Source of the DNA: the human T2T-CHM13v2.0 reference genome, Homo sapiens
Assembly (NCBI RefSeq): GCF_009914755.1
Contig: NC_060937.1
Strand: one strand, 5' to 3'
Length of the DNA stretch: 64,000 nt
Below the pieces are notes generated by a model. That model searched no databases. It was not told the DNA's origin and saw only the letters and a program-made list of their open reading frames with translations. Shown piece by piece: positions 40,030-56,100 of the stretch (positions are counted from its first letter, which is position 1; each line of letters starts with the position of its first letter). The position numbers and the translations under genes are program-made.

Positions 40030-40388
40030 TTTTTTTGTTTTTGTGAGAGTTAGGATTTTCTCTACATAAAGATCAGATGGTCTTTTAAGAGGATAATTTT
40101 ACTGGTTCCTTTCTAATTCAGATGTCTAGTATTTATTTTGTCTAAATTGTGGCTAGGTCACTCATTACTATGTTGAGTTGGTAGCCTTGTGTTTCTGATC
40201 TTAGAGGAAAATCTTTCAGATTTTCATTGAGTATGATATCAGTTATGAACTTTCCATATATGGTCTACACTATGTTAAAATATATCCCTTCTATTTCTTG
40301 TTTATTGAGAATTTTTATCATAAAAGAGTGTTGAGTTTTGTCAAATGCTTTTTCTGTATGTTGAGAAAATCGTGTCATTTTTACCTTT
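40030..40388 (-). mobile_element. L1M ORF2 fragment
   Basis: CTGATCTTAGAGGAAAA..TTTTTATCATAAAAGAGTGTTGAGTTTTGTCAAATGCTTTTTCTG (antisense of the AEKAFDK motif). Confidence 0.8.
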
Positions 40389-41065
40389 TATTAAATATGC
40401 ATATGCATATTTAATATAAACTATTCTTGCAACCAACAATGAGAGAGAGATAGAGAGAGAGAATAGGAGAGAGTATCTTAATATATTTATATATAGAGAG
40501 AGTAGCTGGATGAAAGCTGGTATCTCCTACTCCAATATCTTGGTCTCACAGAATAAAATTTAAAACTATTTTCTTCTGCCACCAAATATTATATCTTGTA
40601 TATAATGTATTATGTATCAACTCACAGAGAGATAATAGTGGTATTCAATGAAAAATCACTGTATAATTGTTAAAAATACAAAGCATTATTTGAACAAGCT
40701 ACCCATATGTATTGCCAAACTTAACAACCTAAATTGGTATTTCCTAATTTAACAGAAATAAAGTGCCAGAAAATAAATAAACTGCTAGAGTACAACAGGA
40801 GTTTCAATTTTAGCTACTCATCATATGGATGAATATTATTGTAAAAATGTATTATTCTTACATTCATATGCATTGATTATTATTACTTATTTTAAATAAT
40901 AAATATTTCATTTTAAGCATAAAGATTACTATTATGTCACTTAAAATTGATGGCCCACATGTATGCTAAAACCAATTAAGTAATATATTAATTCCAATAG
41001 CTTAAGACAAAAATGCTTTCCAATAGTAAAAAGGGATAATATGTAACTGCTTGACACTGTCACTG

Positions 41066-41067
41066 AT

Positions 41068-41102
<35 letters not shown>

Positions 41103-41105
41103 TTT
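41066..41105. repeat. (TTTA)n microsatellite
   Basis: Direct observation. Confidence 0.95.
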
Positions 41106-41560
41106 TGAGGAGAGTAATGGTATGGTTCTGGTAATCAGCTGATATATAAGCCCTTGGGGAAAAACTTTCCTTGATCTTGATTCCACATAACTCACTCTCA
41201 GGAAACAGCTATTCTTTAAGATTTTTTTTAGCTCCATTTAACCAGGCTTTATAATAACGTGGACAATTTTTAAACTGGACCAATTTCTAGTAAACAATCT
41301 GCAAAATCTTTTCTATTCTCGTTCTGCTCAGCAAAAGTTGAAAAGTCTCAGGAAATTCATTTTGGATCTTATAAAAAGTATTTCTTTTTTTGATTCTTTA
41401 TTTTCCTGCTTTGTCCCATATAAAAGTATTAGGATTATCCAAATCCTTATTTCTGTTGGAGGAGAGAGAGAGAGGAGAGGGGAGGGGAGGGGAGGGGAGA
41501 GGAGTGGAGAGGAGGGGAAGGCAGAGGAGTTCTACCTGGTCAGCAGGGTGATTAAAAGGA

Positions 41561-43016
<1,456 letters not shown>

Positions 43017-43438
43017 GCTTCCTTACATATTTATTCTGTTAATGAAATTCTACCTTATCTCACACCCTTGAACCTCAAATTTCTTTTTATGTTTTATTCA
43101 TCCTAGATTTTCCCATCTTAGTTCAAAAATATCTTGCTTCTATTTTTTTCTCTTTATTATATGAAACACTTAAATAAGGCACTGGGAAATAATAGTGTCT
43201 AAAGTAGTATCTAAATGTAGTTAAAACTTACATGATTAAAATTTTTGATTTAGGAACAAGTCTTCTCAAATCACATTCTATAAAATAAAATAAGTACATC
43301 TGATAATGATTTTGAGAAATATAACATTTCTAGACAATTTTTTCTGCACTAACATGTTGGCAATATATTAAATATATATATTGCAATACTCTTAATAGCC
43401 ATATTCAAAGGCATTATTATACTGATCATTGTTGTCTA

Positions 43439-43706
<268 letters not shown>

Positions 43707-45029
43707 TTAGAAATTTCAGAAAAGATTTTGTTTAACAAAATCCATGGTTTTCTTCCTCCTCATTCCACATGTTGTCTTTTTTCCAAGATTGTATTTTGCT
43801 GTTTCTTTGTGACTGCATCTGAGCCATGACAGGCAGTATGCAGGTGTGCACTGGAGAGGCAGTGTGCCATGTCCATCATGGCCCATGGGTACATCTCACA
43901 AGCTCTCTTCTAGGCTTTTTCACCTTCTGATGGTTACATGCCTCCTTCCAGGGCAACTTTGGTATTTTAATGACTTCAGAGACCAAACTCTCAAATTTCC
44001 TGGGCAGGAAAACCATCATTAGAATATTACTAGATTTATAAAAAAAAAACACATTTATATTAGGCCACAAATATACAGGTATTAATTTATAATTGCAGAT
44101 AGCATAACTCAATTAATGTATTGAATCCATGGAATATTATATAATAGTGAACTGGCAAACTGATTTTCAAGTGTATTATTCTTACAAATCACTTAGATAA
44201 AATTTTAAATTTCAGGCAATTAAATCATTAAAAATTTTAACAATATATTATTACTTTCTCTTAAATTGATTATTGGTGAAAGGTAACTTAAAAATAAATT
44301 TATAACTAATCTCAGTTTTTATCCTCCTGTAATAAATAAGCCTTACAGAATATGGGCAATACTAAAGCCTGTTTTTGTTTTAAATGACCTAAGTCATTAG
44401 TAAAAACTCCTTCCTTCAAAAGAGTATTTTGCATTTTTCCCACCTCCCAATTCAGCATAACACAATCATCTACAATGTATGAGAGCAAAGCCTGAAAAAG
44501 AAGAACTATAATGAAGAGAAGCAGATAAATATGCTTGTGAACACAAATTTGCAGTAATTTTGAGTGGAGATCTTTGTTTTCCTGTGGTGACTTAGGATTA
44601 TATAAACCATAAATCCCCAAAGAGATACTTTGCTACCATTTTAGGATACATTCCTTCACTTTGTCCAGATGAATACCAAAATTTGTTATATATAAAATAG
44701 GGGACTCAAACTTATTCTGAGAAAATGAAAGAGAGTAGCTTACCACAGTGGGGTTTTGTTTAATTGGTAATCACTCTGTAAAGGTAAACATTTACTTAAT
44801 CTAAGAGCAGCTGGATCTGTGAATTTCTGATGCTTATTTAGGTGTGAAGGGAGCCTGGAAGGCTCAGATCTTAACACTTGGGATCTAAAGGTTTCTAAAA
44901 TTTTCAAATAAAATATAAACATAAAGGAAAAATATGAAATAAATAACTATATCCTGAGAAATATGTTAATATATTCATGTGAATATAAGTAATTATTTTG
45001 GAGGCTGATATGAGCATACTAAAATTCCT

Positions 45030-45200
45030 AGGTTGGATTTCTATCTCCCCAACTTCTGACCTTGAGTTAGTCATTCATTTCTCTCCTTCTACTTAATAAA
45101 AAGGAGATGATAAAAGTAAACTCATAGGCTTATTGTGATAATTTAATGAGTACAACAATTTCCTGCTCATAGAAACTGTTCAGTAAGTAACTTGTTATCA
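45030..45200 (+). mobile_element. MIR fragment
   Basis: TGACCTTGAGTTAGTCATT..TAAAAAGGAGATGATAA..CTCATAGGCTTATTGTGA core. Confidence 0.6.
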
Positions 45201-45969
45201 ACATTGTGTTTATTACCAATAGTCACAATGCAATTATAGTACAGTAGGATTAGTAATTGCCTCAGGGTATTTTTTCCATTTCTGTTTGGCCATATGTGTA
45301 TCTTAAAAATATGCTTCTTAGATTAATTGCAAAGTTCTACTCGTTTCATCAGATGTCCACATTTAGATGTCTTAAAACATTTTAAAGATACACAGGCTTA
45401 GCATTTATGAAAACAGATTTTAGTGAACTGAATCCTAATAGGTCAGTTCCAAAAAGCAGATTAGCAGATAGTGCCACTTTATAGTTGTCATTAATTATAT
45501 CCAGGAAGCAATATTAATTTTTGATTTTAAAAATGTATCAGATTATAATTTTTAAAACTTGGATAAGCTTACATATTTAAAACAGTAAAGTAAAAGCAGT
45601 TGTCTTGTTTTCAAAACAAGTTAATTTTGCTATACATTTCTTTTGGATAGCAAAAAGCAATGCCAGTATATGTGGTATATATAAAATTGTATATAAAATC
45701 TTTTGACTTAATAACATTTAAGATGCTGAATACTGAGAAAAATATATATGCCATATAGAGATGTTGATCTGATTTTTTCAAAAGATTTAATTAGTGCAAA
45801 CCTTGTAAATTATACAACTAGCATTTTAAAGAATTTAAAGTACATTGAAGTTTATTACAAAAATGTATCATCTGTGCATATTAAGGAAACAAGTTATAGT
45901 GCCCCATATTAAATATCAAATGAGAAATCTGAGAACTAAAATTTACTAATAATTACACTTTATAATTTT

Positions 45970-48900
45970 TTAAAAATAATTTCAACCTTTATTATAAGGT
46001 ACGTTTGCAAGCTTGTTACATGGGTATATTACATGATGCTGAGGTTTAGGATACAAATTATGTTTTCACCCAAGTAGTAAGCTTAGTACCTGATAGCTAG
46101 TTTTTCAGCCTACATCCCCCTCCTTCCCTCTCCCATCTAGTAGGCCTCAATGTCTATTATGCTCATCTTTAAGTTTATGTGTATTCAATATTTAGCTCCC
46201 ACTTATAAGTGAGAACAAAAGTGGAGTTTGGTTTTCTGTTCTTGCATTAATTTGCTTAGGACAATGACCTCCATCTCTGTCTATGTTGCCTCAAAGGAAA
46301 GGGTTTCATTCCTTTTTACGGCTGCGTAGTAGTCCATGGTGTATATGTGCCATATGTTCTTTATTCAATCTACTGTTGATGGACAGCTAGGTTGACAATA
46401 TATCTTTGCTATTGTGCACAGTGCTGCAATGAACAAATGAGTGTATGTGTCTTTTTGATACAATGAATTATTTTCTTTTGGGTACATGACCAGTAATGAG
46501 ATTGCTGGGTCCAATGTTTGCTCTATTTTACATTCTATGAGAACTTCCCAAACTGCTTTCTACTATGGCTGAACTAATTTACATTCCCACCAACAGTGTA
46601 TTATAAGCATTCCCTTTTCTCTGCAGCCTCTCCACCCTGTTATTTTTTGACTTTTTAATAATCACCATTATGATTGGTGTAAGGTGGTATCTCATTGTGG
46701 TTTTGATTTGCATTTTTCTGATGATTAGAGATATTTAGCATTTTTTCATAGGTTTGTTTGTGGCTTGATTATTTTCTTTTGAGAAGTGTCTGTTCATGTA
46801 TTTTGACCATGTTTTAATTGGATTATTTGTTTTTGGCTAGTTGATTGTTTAAGATCTTTGCAGATTTTGGATATTAGATCTTTGCCAGATGTATAGTTTA
46901 TGAATATATTTTCTCATTCTGTGGGCAGTCTGTTTATTCTGTTGGTAATTTCTTTTGCTCTGCAGAAGCTCTTTAGTTTAGTTAGGTCCCACATATCAAT
47001 TTTTGTTTTTATTGAAGTTGCCTTCGGGGACTTAACCATAAATTCTTTGCCAAAACCAATGATGAGTATTATATTTCCTATGTTTACTTCTAGGATTTTT
47101 GTACTTTGAGATTTTAGATTTAAACTTTTATCCATCTCAAGTTAGATGATAGATAGTGGACCAGATTCATTGTTCCACATGGGGCTAGCCTGTTATCCCA
47201 GACCCATTTATTGAACAGGATGTCATTTTGCATTGCTGTTTTTTCTCAACTTTGTTGAAGATCAGATAGTTGGAGGTGGGTAGCTTTATTTCTAGGCTCT
47301 CTATTCGTTCCATTGGTCTATGTGCCTGTTTTACATCAGCACCATGCTGTTTTGGTTACTGTAACCTTATAGTATAATTTCAAGTAAGATGATGTGATGC
47401 CTCAGACTTTGTTCATTTTACTTAAAACTGCCTTGGTTATTTGGGCTCTTTTTTGGTTCCAAATGAATTATTAAGTAGATTTGTCTAGTTCTTTGAAAAA
47501 TGTCTTTGGTATTTTGATAATCATTGAGTTTGCAATCTTTTGGGCAGCATGGCCATTTAAAAAATATTGATTCTTCCTATCCATGAGCATGAAATTATTT
47601 ATTCATTTATGTGTGTTTTCTCAGACTTATTTCAGCAGTGTTTGTAGAGCTCCTTGTAGAGAACTTGTAATTCCTTGTTTATAGGACTCCCTAGGCATTT
47701 TATGTATTTGTGCCCATTGTAAATGAAATTTTGTTCTTGATTTGGTTCCCAGCTAGAATGTTATTGGTGTATATTAATGTGACCGATTTTTGGACATTGA
47801 TTTTTGTATCCTGAAACTGAGTCTTTTGGCAGAGTCTTTAGTGTTTTATATTTATAGAATCAAATCATCAGCAAAGAGAGATAGTTTGACTTCTTCTTTT
47901 CCTATTCAGATGCCTTTTAATTCTCTTCCTTACCTGATTGCTCTGGCTAGAACTTCCAGTATTATATTAAGTAGAAGTGGTGAGAGTGGCTATCCTTAGC
48001 TTCTTTCAGTTCTCAAGGGAATGCTACCAACTTCAGTATGATGTTGGCTGTGGATTTGTCACACATGAATACATGGCTTTTATTACTTTTGAAGCATGTT
48101 CCTTCAATGCCTAGTGTTTTGTGAGTTTCTATCATGAAGGTATCTTAGACTTTATCAGAGATTTTTCTGCATATATTGAGATGATCATATGTTTTTTGTT
48201 TTTATTCTGTTTATGCGTGAATTGCTTTTGCTGATTTACTATGTTGAACTAATCTTCCATTATAGCAATAAAATATACTTTTTGATTTGTTGTTGGATAT
48301 GATTTGCTAGTATTTTACTGAGGATTTTTGTATCTATGTTCATCAGCAATATTGTCCTGTAGTTTTCATTGTTGGTCCTGTCTGTGCTAGAATTTGTTAA
48401 TAGGATGATACTAGCTTCATAGAATTATAGTTAGGGAAGAACCTCTCCTCCTCAATTTTTTGAAGTAGTTTCAGTAGGATTGGTATCAGTTCTTACTTGT
48501 ACATGTGATATAATCTTGCTGTGGATCCATCAGGTCCGGGATGTTTTGGGGTTGGTAGATTTTTTTTTTCTGTTTTTTGTTTTTATACTGATGCAATTTC
48601 TGAACTTGTTATTGGTCTGTTCAGGTTTTCATTTTATTTCTAGTTCAATTTTGGGAGTTTGTGTCTTTCTAGAAATTTACCCATTTCCTCTAGATTTCCT
48701 AATTCATGTTCATAATAGTCTCTGAGAATCTTTTTTACTTCTGGGGAATTGGTTGTAATCTCATCATTCTAAATTCTGATTGCACTTATTTGGATCTTCT
48801 GTCTTTTTTTTCTTTGTTAATCCAGCTAACAGTCTATCAATCTTGTTTATTCTTTTGAAGAACTAATATTTGATTTTATTGATCTTTTGTATAAACATCT

Positions 48901-51818
48901 GGGCCTCCATTTTATTCTTATCTAATTTCAGTTATTTCTTTTCTTCCATTAGCTTTGGTGTTGTATTTTTTTTTTCTTGATTCCTATAGGTTCAATGTTA
49001 GATTATTAGTGTGAGATTTTTCTAACCTTTTGATGAAGGCAGTTAGCACCATAAACTTTCCTCTTAACATTACTTTAGCTATATTCCAAAAATTTTGGTA
49101 AGATGTGTTTCTATTTTTATTACTTTCAAAGAAATTTTTGATTTCTACCTGAATTTTGTTGTTCACCCAAGAGGTATTCAGAAGCAAGTTGTTTAATTTC
49201 CACTTTTTTCTGTATTTTTGAGATATCTTCTTGGTATTATTTCTATTTTTATTGTAATTGTTATGCAAGAGTGTGCTTGGTATGCTTTTTTAAAATTTAT
49301 TTAGACTTGCTTTATTGCTGAGTATGTGGTCAGTCTTAGATTATGTTCTCTCTGCAGATAAGAAGAATGAATATTCTTTGGTTTTTAGGTGGAATATCCT
49401 GTAAATGTCTATTGGGTTCAATTGGTCATGTGTCAAATTTAAGCACAGAAATCCTTTGTTAGTTTTCTGTCTTGATGGTCTGTCTAATGCTGTCAGCAGG
49501 TTGTTGAAGTCCCCCCACTATTATTGTGTGGCTGTCTAAATCTTTTCCTAGGTCAAGTTGAAGTTGTTTTATAAATCTAAATGTTCCCATCTTGGGTGCA
49601 TATATATTTAGGATAGTTAAGTCTTGTTAAATCCAACACTCTATTGTTATGTAATGCTGCTCTTTGTACTTTTTTACTGTGGTTGGTGTACAGTCTGTTT
49701 TATCTGATATAACAATATCAGTTCCTCCTCTTTTCCATTTGAATGGTAGATCTTTCTCCATCCCTTTACTTTGAGCTGATAAGTGTCATTACGTATGAGA
49801 GGTAGCTTTTAAAGACAGCAAATGATTCTTGTCTTTTTATCCAGCTTGCCACTATATGCCTAATTGGAGCATTTAGGCCATTTACATTCAGGGTTAGCAT
49901 CAATATAGGAGATTTTGATCCTGTCATCACGTCGTTGGCTGTTTCTTTTGTAGACTTGATTGTGTAATTGCTTTATATTGTCTGCAGGCCATATGCTTGA
50001 CTGTTTTTGTGGTAGCAGGTTTTAATGTTTGTTGCCATATTTAGTACTCCCTTAAGAATTTCTTGTAAGGCTGGTCTGGTGGTAACAAATGCTCTTAGTG
50101 CTTGCTTTTTTGAGGAGGATTTTAATTTCCCTTCTCTAAAGAAGCTTATTTTGGCAGGATATAAAATTTTTGTTGGAATATATTTTTCTTTAAGAATGCT
50201 GAAAATAAAAATTTTAAAAAATGCTGAAAATAGGACTCTAATTTCATGTGGTTTATAAAGTTTCTGCTGAAAAGTCCACTGCTAGCCTGATGACCTGGTC
50301 TTTCCCTCTAGGAGCCTTTAATTTTTTTTATTTTGTGTTAATATTTGGTCAATCTGGCCATTATGTACCTGTATTTTGTATAGAGTTTTCTGTATTTCTT
50401 AAATTTTGATGTCCTCCCCTCTAGCAAGATTGGGGAAATTTTCATGAACTATATAATCAAATATGCTTTTAGAGTTGCTCACTCTCCTCTTTCAGGAGTG
50501 CCAATGAGTCATATATATTGTCTCTTTACATAATCCCATATTTCTCAGAAGTTTTGATCATGTTTAACAATCTCTTAAATTTATTTTTATGTAACTGAGG
50601 TGTTTCAATGTACTGGTCTTCAAGCCCTGAAATTCTTTCCTCAGCTTGATCTATTCTGCTTTTAATGCTTTCAATCATATTATAAAGTTCTTGAAGTGAA
50701 TTCTTCAGTTCCAGAAGTTTAGTTTGCTACTTTCTTAAAATGTCCATTTCATCCTTTAGCTCCTAGGTAGTGTCATTGTATTCTCTGGATTCCTTGGATT
50801 GCGTTTAGCCTTTTGTCATAAGCCTCCTTGCCATCCAGATTCTTCCTTGTCTGTAAGCCCAAGCCAGTATGTCTCATCCATCTAGGAGCAGTATGGGTGG
50901 GTGGAGTCACCCTATCAACCGTATGGGTCTTCCCAGGGGAACACAGAACTCTACCAACCCACAGAGTTCAGACATAGGTGGGCATGCTGTGTTGGCATAC
51001 CCAACTGATATGTACTGCCTGGTAATGAGGAGCAGGGGTGGATGGAGTCACCCAGTGTACCCTTTGGGTGCCTCCAAAGGGAACACAGAACTACACTCCT
51101 CTGCAGAGATTCGGGGAAACCTAAAGCTGAACCTACCTGCAGCATTCAGGCAGAAGCCAGTTTGTTGTGCTGAAGGCAAGCAGGCATGACCACCTGGCTA
51201 TGAGCAGCAGAGATGTGTGGAGTTGCCTGCTCTGCAAACGTGGTGCTTCCCATGGGAACATGGAGCTATCTCCATCAGAGTTCAAGCAGAAGCGAGGCTA
51301 CTGTGCTGGAAGCTGGTGCCAAGCCTTGTCTGGCAAAGAGGTGTGGAGCAATCTTACTGCTCCTGGGCATCATGACTGTGGCCTCTATTGAGGCTATCGC
51401 ATCTGGCACCAGGTTACTCTGGAGTCCAAGACCTGTGGATATCCCTGTGGACTCGAGTGTTGCCTCCGCAAAAACTCTGGGCACCTCTCTGTATCGTTCT
51501 AAGGCCTGAGGGGATGAGGAGGATTCTCCTGTTCCTAGGATTGCACAGGCTCCTGTGGGAAGTGTGGATTTCCTGAGGGCTGTCACTAGTTCACTGTTTT
51601 CCTATGTTGGGGAGATTCTTCTACCTCCATGATGATCCCAGATGAGCGGCTGCCCAGCTTCACTCTCCTCTAATCTCTGTGTCCTTTCACTCCCTTGATG
51701 GATCCTGACATAGTTTCTTAGACAATTGGCTTGAGGTTCAGTGTTTACTCACCACTTTGTTTCCTGTTTGTGAGAACGGCATACACTAGCTGCTTCTAGT
51801 CCACCATCTTGACTGGAA
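45970..51818 (-). mobile_element. Near full-length old primate L1 (L1PA15/16-like), ORFs disrupted
   Basis: 3'UTR ATGATGCTGAGGTTT..TTTAGCTCCCACTTATAAGTGAGAAC; ORF2 pieces on minus ([15 protein letters not shown] 46914-47135; KLNNLLLN..LRGKF 48984-49268); 5' terminus CAAGATGGTGGACTAGAAGCAGCTAG (minus). Confidence 0.93.
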
Positions 51819-52589
51819 ACTTTGGAAGGTTTTGAGATATAAATAATGAAATCTAATTTCACATACATAATTGCAAAATCATGAAAATATCTGTGTTGAC
51901 ATTCATTTCCAGCTTCATTGATTTATTTTGTGGGCTTTAATAATCTGCTATATTCCAAGCCCAAGAACTTTTGGTGTGGAGCAGTAATGCATAAGAATAT
52001 TTTCCTCCTAACATACAGCCCTTGAGACATTACAAAGCCCCATAAATTGTGTTAGACATGAAAGGTAATAGCAAAGACACACTAAGACCTCATTTTATCC
52101 AAAAAAAAGTAAAAATAGTTATTACAATTCCTTATAATCCACAGGAAGAAATAGGCAGAAAGTTCTAAGAGGACAAAGTGATTTTTATTCAAATATTGAG
52201 GTCATGTGTTTAATATTTTTTTCTTTATAACACTCAAATATTTTATGTTAATTATAACACGTGTTTTCTGCCATCAATGGACATTGATTTTTAGTGAGTC
52301 AATATCCCATGACAGTGAACACAGTCTGCCTGGAATATTGAAATTATATTGTTAAGGTTGTTTTTTAAAATCAGCTTAGTAGAGAAGGCTAAACTCACAT
52401 ACATTATTTATACAAATAAAATAGAGAGGACAGATGTATTTAGTAAAGAAATTTCTTTTTAAAAGAAAAGGTATTATTAATTGTGAAATAAATAATTTTA
52501 TACATGATTAAATTATTTATTATTAGTAACTTTCATTAATGTTTTTAAAGAAATAATATTTCTCCATTTTTATTTTTGTCACCTGGAAT

Positions 52590-52920
52590 TTACTGAACAC
52601 TTCCCCAAGCTTGGTATTGTTAGAGGTGCCAATAACGTAGCAGTTAGCAAAACTGACATCTTTCATTCTTTCTTGAAATTTACAATCTACAAAGGGTAAG
52701 TAGAAGCAAAAAAGTAACCCAATGAATGATAAAAATAATTTCAAATGATAATATATAATCAAAAGTAAAGTAAAAAGGATAACGGAATAGAGTGTGGTTG
52801 ACAACTTGCCTCCTCTGCCTAGGAGATGTACAGTAGGTGATAACGCTTCATCTGAGGCTTAAATGTAGAAATGGATAAAACCATGTGATGATATAGACTC
52901 AGTGGTGGGATGTGATTTGA
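52590..52920 (-). mobile_element. L2 3' fragment
   Basis: CCAAGCTTGGTATTGTTAGAGGTGCC..GAAATTTACAATCTA antisense L2 tail pattern. Confidence 0.45.
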
Positions 52921-53055
52921 TAGAGGAAGAATGACTAAAATAGTAATATTTACAATGATAATATTTAACCTACATTTCAGTTCTAAAATAAATGTCTAAG
53001 TATACAATCTAAGAAGTCAATGAAGCTTCTCAAAATGGTTAGCAACTCGTTTGTA

Positions 53056-53069
53056 TGTGTGTGTGTGTT

Positions 53070-53105
<36 letters not shown>
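53056..53105. repeat. Interrupted (TG)n microsatellite followed by GA-rich tract
   Basis: Direct observation. Confidence 0.95.
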
Positions 53106-53109
<4 letters not shown>

Positions 53110-56100
53110 GAAAAGCAGAGGGAAGGGAGAGAAAGAGAAAAAGGACAGAAAAGGGAGAGGGAGAAAAAAGGAAAGAGCATAAAAGAGACGCTGACATGTA
53201 TAAATTCACATTCTGGTGTTTCTACACCTTACTGCATTTGATCATTGATGAAATTCAAGACCCAGCTCAGTTTAATAACTGTTATCATAATAGAATGCTT
53301 CCTAAGCAATATTTTCCAAAACAAGATGTGACTAAAAAATGGTTAAATATTTAGACCCAGTTCAGTTATCCATTATTTTTATATTTCTAGTTAATGTAGC
53401 TTTATAGCTAAATCTGTTAAATGTGCTAATTTGTTAAAATAGTTAATATAATCTTTTAATAGTTTAATTTATCAATAAATGTTTCTGACAGAAACATGGT
53501 AAGTTTAAGTTTAACATTCACTTTGTACTATTCATATGATTATTTGTTTTCTATCAAGCGTTACTGTTGTTTGCTTTGACAGAAAACTGGGAAAGGCAGA
53601 GAGGTGATAATACTTGGAGAATTTAAGCATGCCATCTGTTTGGATGAAGATGCAAATAATCGCAAACATTGGGGGCTTCAACACTCTAGGCAAAATTGGA
53701 TTCATATTTATTTTCTTTTTGGAAAAATAACACTTTTTTGTATTATTTTATAATGAGTTAACTTAGTAACAATTTTTTTGAAAGAAATTGTTATTCTATT
53801 CTGGCAAAATGTATATATCTCCAGCACATGTGCAAATATATTTGATAAACCATTTTTTCCTAAGAAATATGACAATTTGTTCAGCTATACTTGAATAAAA
53901 AATGCCAAAATATAACCTGCTAAGTTGAGAGACTTAATTAAGGAAAATTTATACCATTTTAATTGCTTCTCATCTCATATTATTTTTATCTTAATTAATT
54001 ACCGGTGCTTTGGGCAAAATAATAAGAACTAAAGTGAGTGGAATAAGAATTAATCAAATTACTTGCTTGTTACTCTTGTAAATTATATTTGGGAGAGGAA
54101 AATAAATCCTTTGGCTAGCCTCAGGTTTGAAGTTATGTTTCAATAACTGGTACCATTCTTAGCTCAGTTTTTATCAATGATCAAGTATAAATCATTTTTT
54201 AATAGGTGAATGTTAACTGACCGAATTCTGCCATCTTTATTGGTTATGGGAAGAGCACTTTATGGAAGACACTTAAAACCATTTTAGTTAGGGCTTTAAT
54301 CTATTTTCCATCGAAGTTGGCCAGTGTGAGTTTAATTATTTTTCCACTTCTCTTCCTGATGAAGGAATGATCAAAAAGAAAAGAAATATAAGTGATATAA
54401 ATAATTTGCAATTAAGTTCAGGTATTTTTATGATTATTTCATATGTTGTAATATTCTCTAATCAATGTGAGATGGCTGAAACTATGACATCCTTTGTCCT
54501 TTATAGATTTCATAGTTTGTATGAAAATAAGATAGCACAATCTGTAAATTTAATAAAGTTAAAGGCTGTCATAGACAGCAATTTAACATATGAGAAAATG
54601 TAAACTTAAAATGAAGGTAGCTCTTTCTTGATGGTCAATAACCTATTAATTGAATTTATAATTTCAGAAGATTTTTTTCTCCAAAAAGAAGTTAAATAAA
54701 CTTGTTTAATCAACAGTCCCAAAGAATTCCATCTTGCTTTCTGTAGAGCAGATGGCTGTACCACTGCTTCTGTTGCCACCTTGTCCTCTAGCAGCTGCGA
54801 TTACTAGAAAAAAATTTCCTTTATTACTTACATGATGTGCCCATAACTGCAATCAAACATTTAAAAAAGTTACTCATTGGATCCTCTAAAAAGGGAGAAG
54901 TACACACAATTTTGAAATTAAGCACACCTATATTTCCAAAGTTTCCATGGACAATCCTAAAATTTGGGTAAGAGATCGATGAATTTTTCACTTTTATTTA
55001 ATCTCATCTCTCTCACTCCTAGCCTGTTGTGCACATGGTTTCTTCCACAGATACAATGCTATGTTATTTATTTCTTTAAAAGTCTTGCTTCAATCGAAAA
55101 GTAGGTGTGAAATTAACACAGCATAACAAGGAAGATCGTTGGTAGCTGGGTATAAATGTCCATATAAATATTTATTCTATCATACTTTATCAATTCATTT
55201 CAGTTATACTCAAACCTGTTTATTAGATGTGTCTTATTTATTCAATAAATCAAGCTTGTTCAGTTAGAAGAATTAGGTATTACACATTTGTATCTTAATT
55301 TTGTCCTGCTGTCATTTAAAATAAAATTGAATTTAAAAATTTTGATGGGGGGGCCTATATCCCAATAAATATTGGGATATAAATATAAAAATAATTGGGA
55401 TAAAAAAATTGGGATAAAAATATTTAAAAAATTTGTATATAAATATAAATTCAGATTTAATATAAAACATATATATTTTAGTTTGAGCACTTTTCTTTTA
55501 CATAGACCAATACTCAGGTTATATGACTGGGAAATGTCCCTGTTAATTATGCTGCTTTCTTACTTTTATTCTCCACAGTTTATAGCAAGAATCATATTAA
55601 AACAATTTAGAAAATACTTCTACTGACCTGAAATTCTGATTTAGCCTATAATGAATACAGACATTTTAAATATTTATTATAACTGAGCTATAAATCTATA
55701 ACTAGACCTTCATGTTTCCTCAAAGTGGCCTTAAAATAAAACCAGTTGCAAACAAGGCAAAAGCTACAGATTATGTATGTATTTACATATAAGTACATTT
55801 ATATGTTTTATACTTTTTACATATATTAAATATGTATATATAAATATACAAGATTTCTTTCATATTTCAGATAAAAGAATAAAATAAATTCCTGAGGACC
55901 TGAATTGCAAAAGAAGTTTAAAGCCAAGGCAGTGAAAAAGAGTTGAAGTAGCTATTACCTTTGCTGCTGTTTATATCCCTATGAATGCTTTCTAATCAGT
56001 GAGGGAAGGACAAAAATTGCACTCATTAGATAACAAAGGTAGCTGCTCCAGGACTTATAAAGTATAAGAAATTACTAATAGCAAACAATACATTCTCTTA

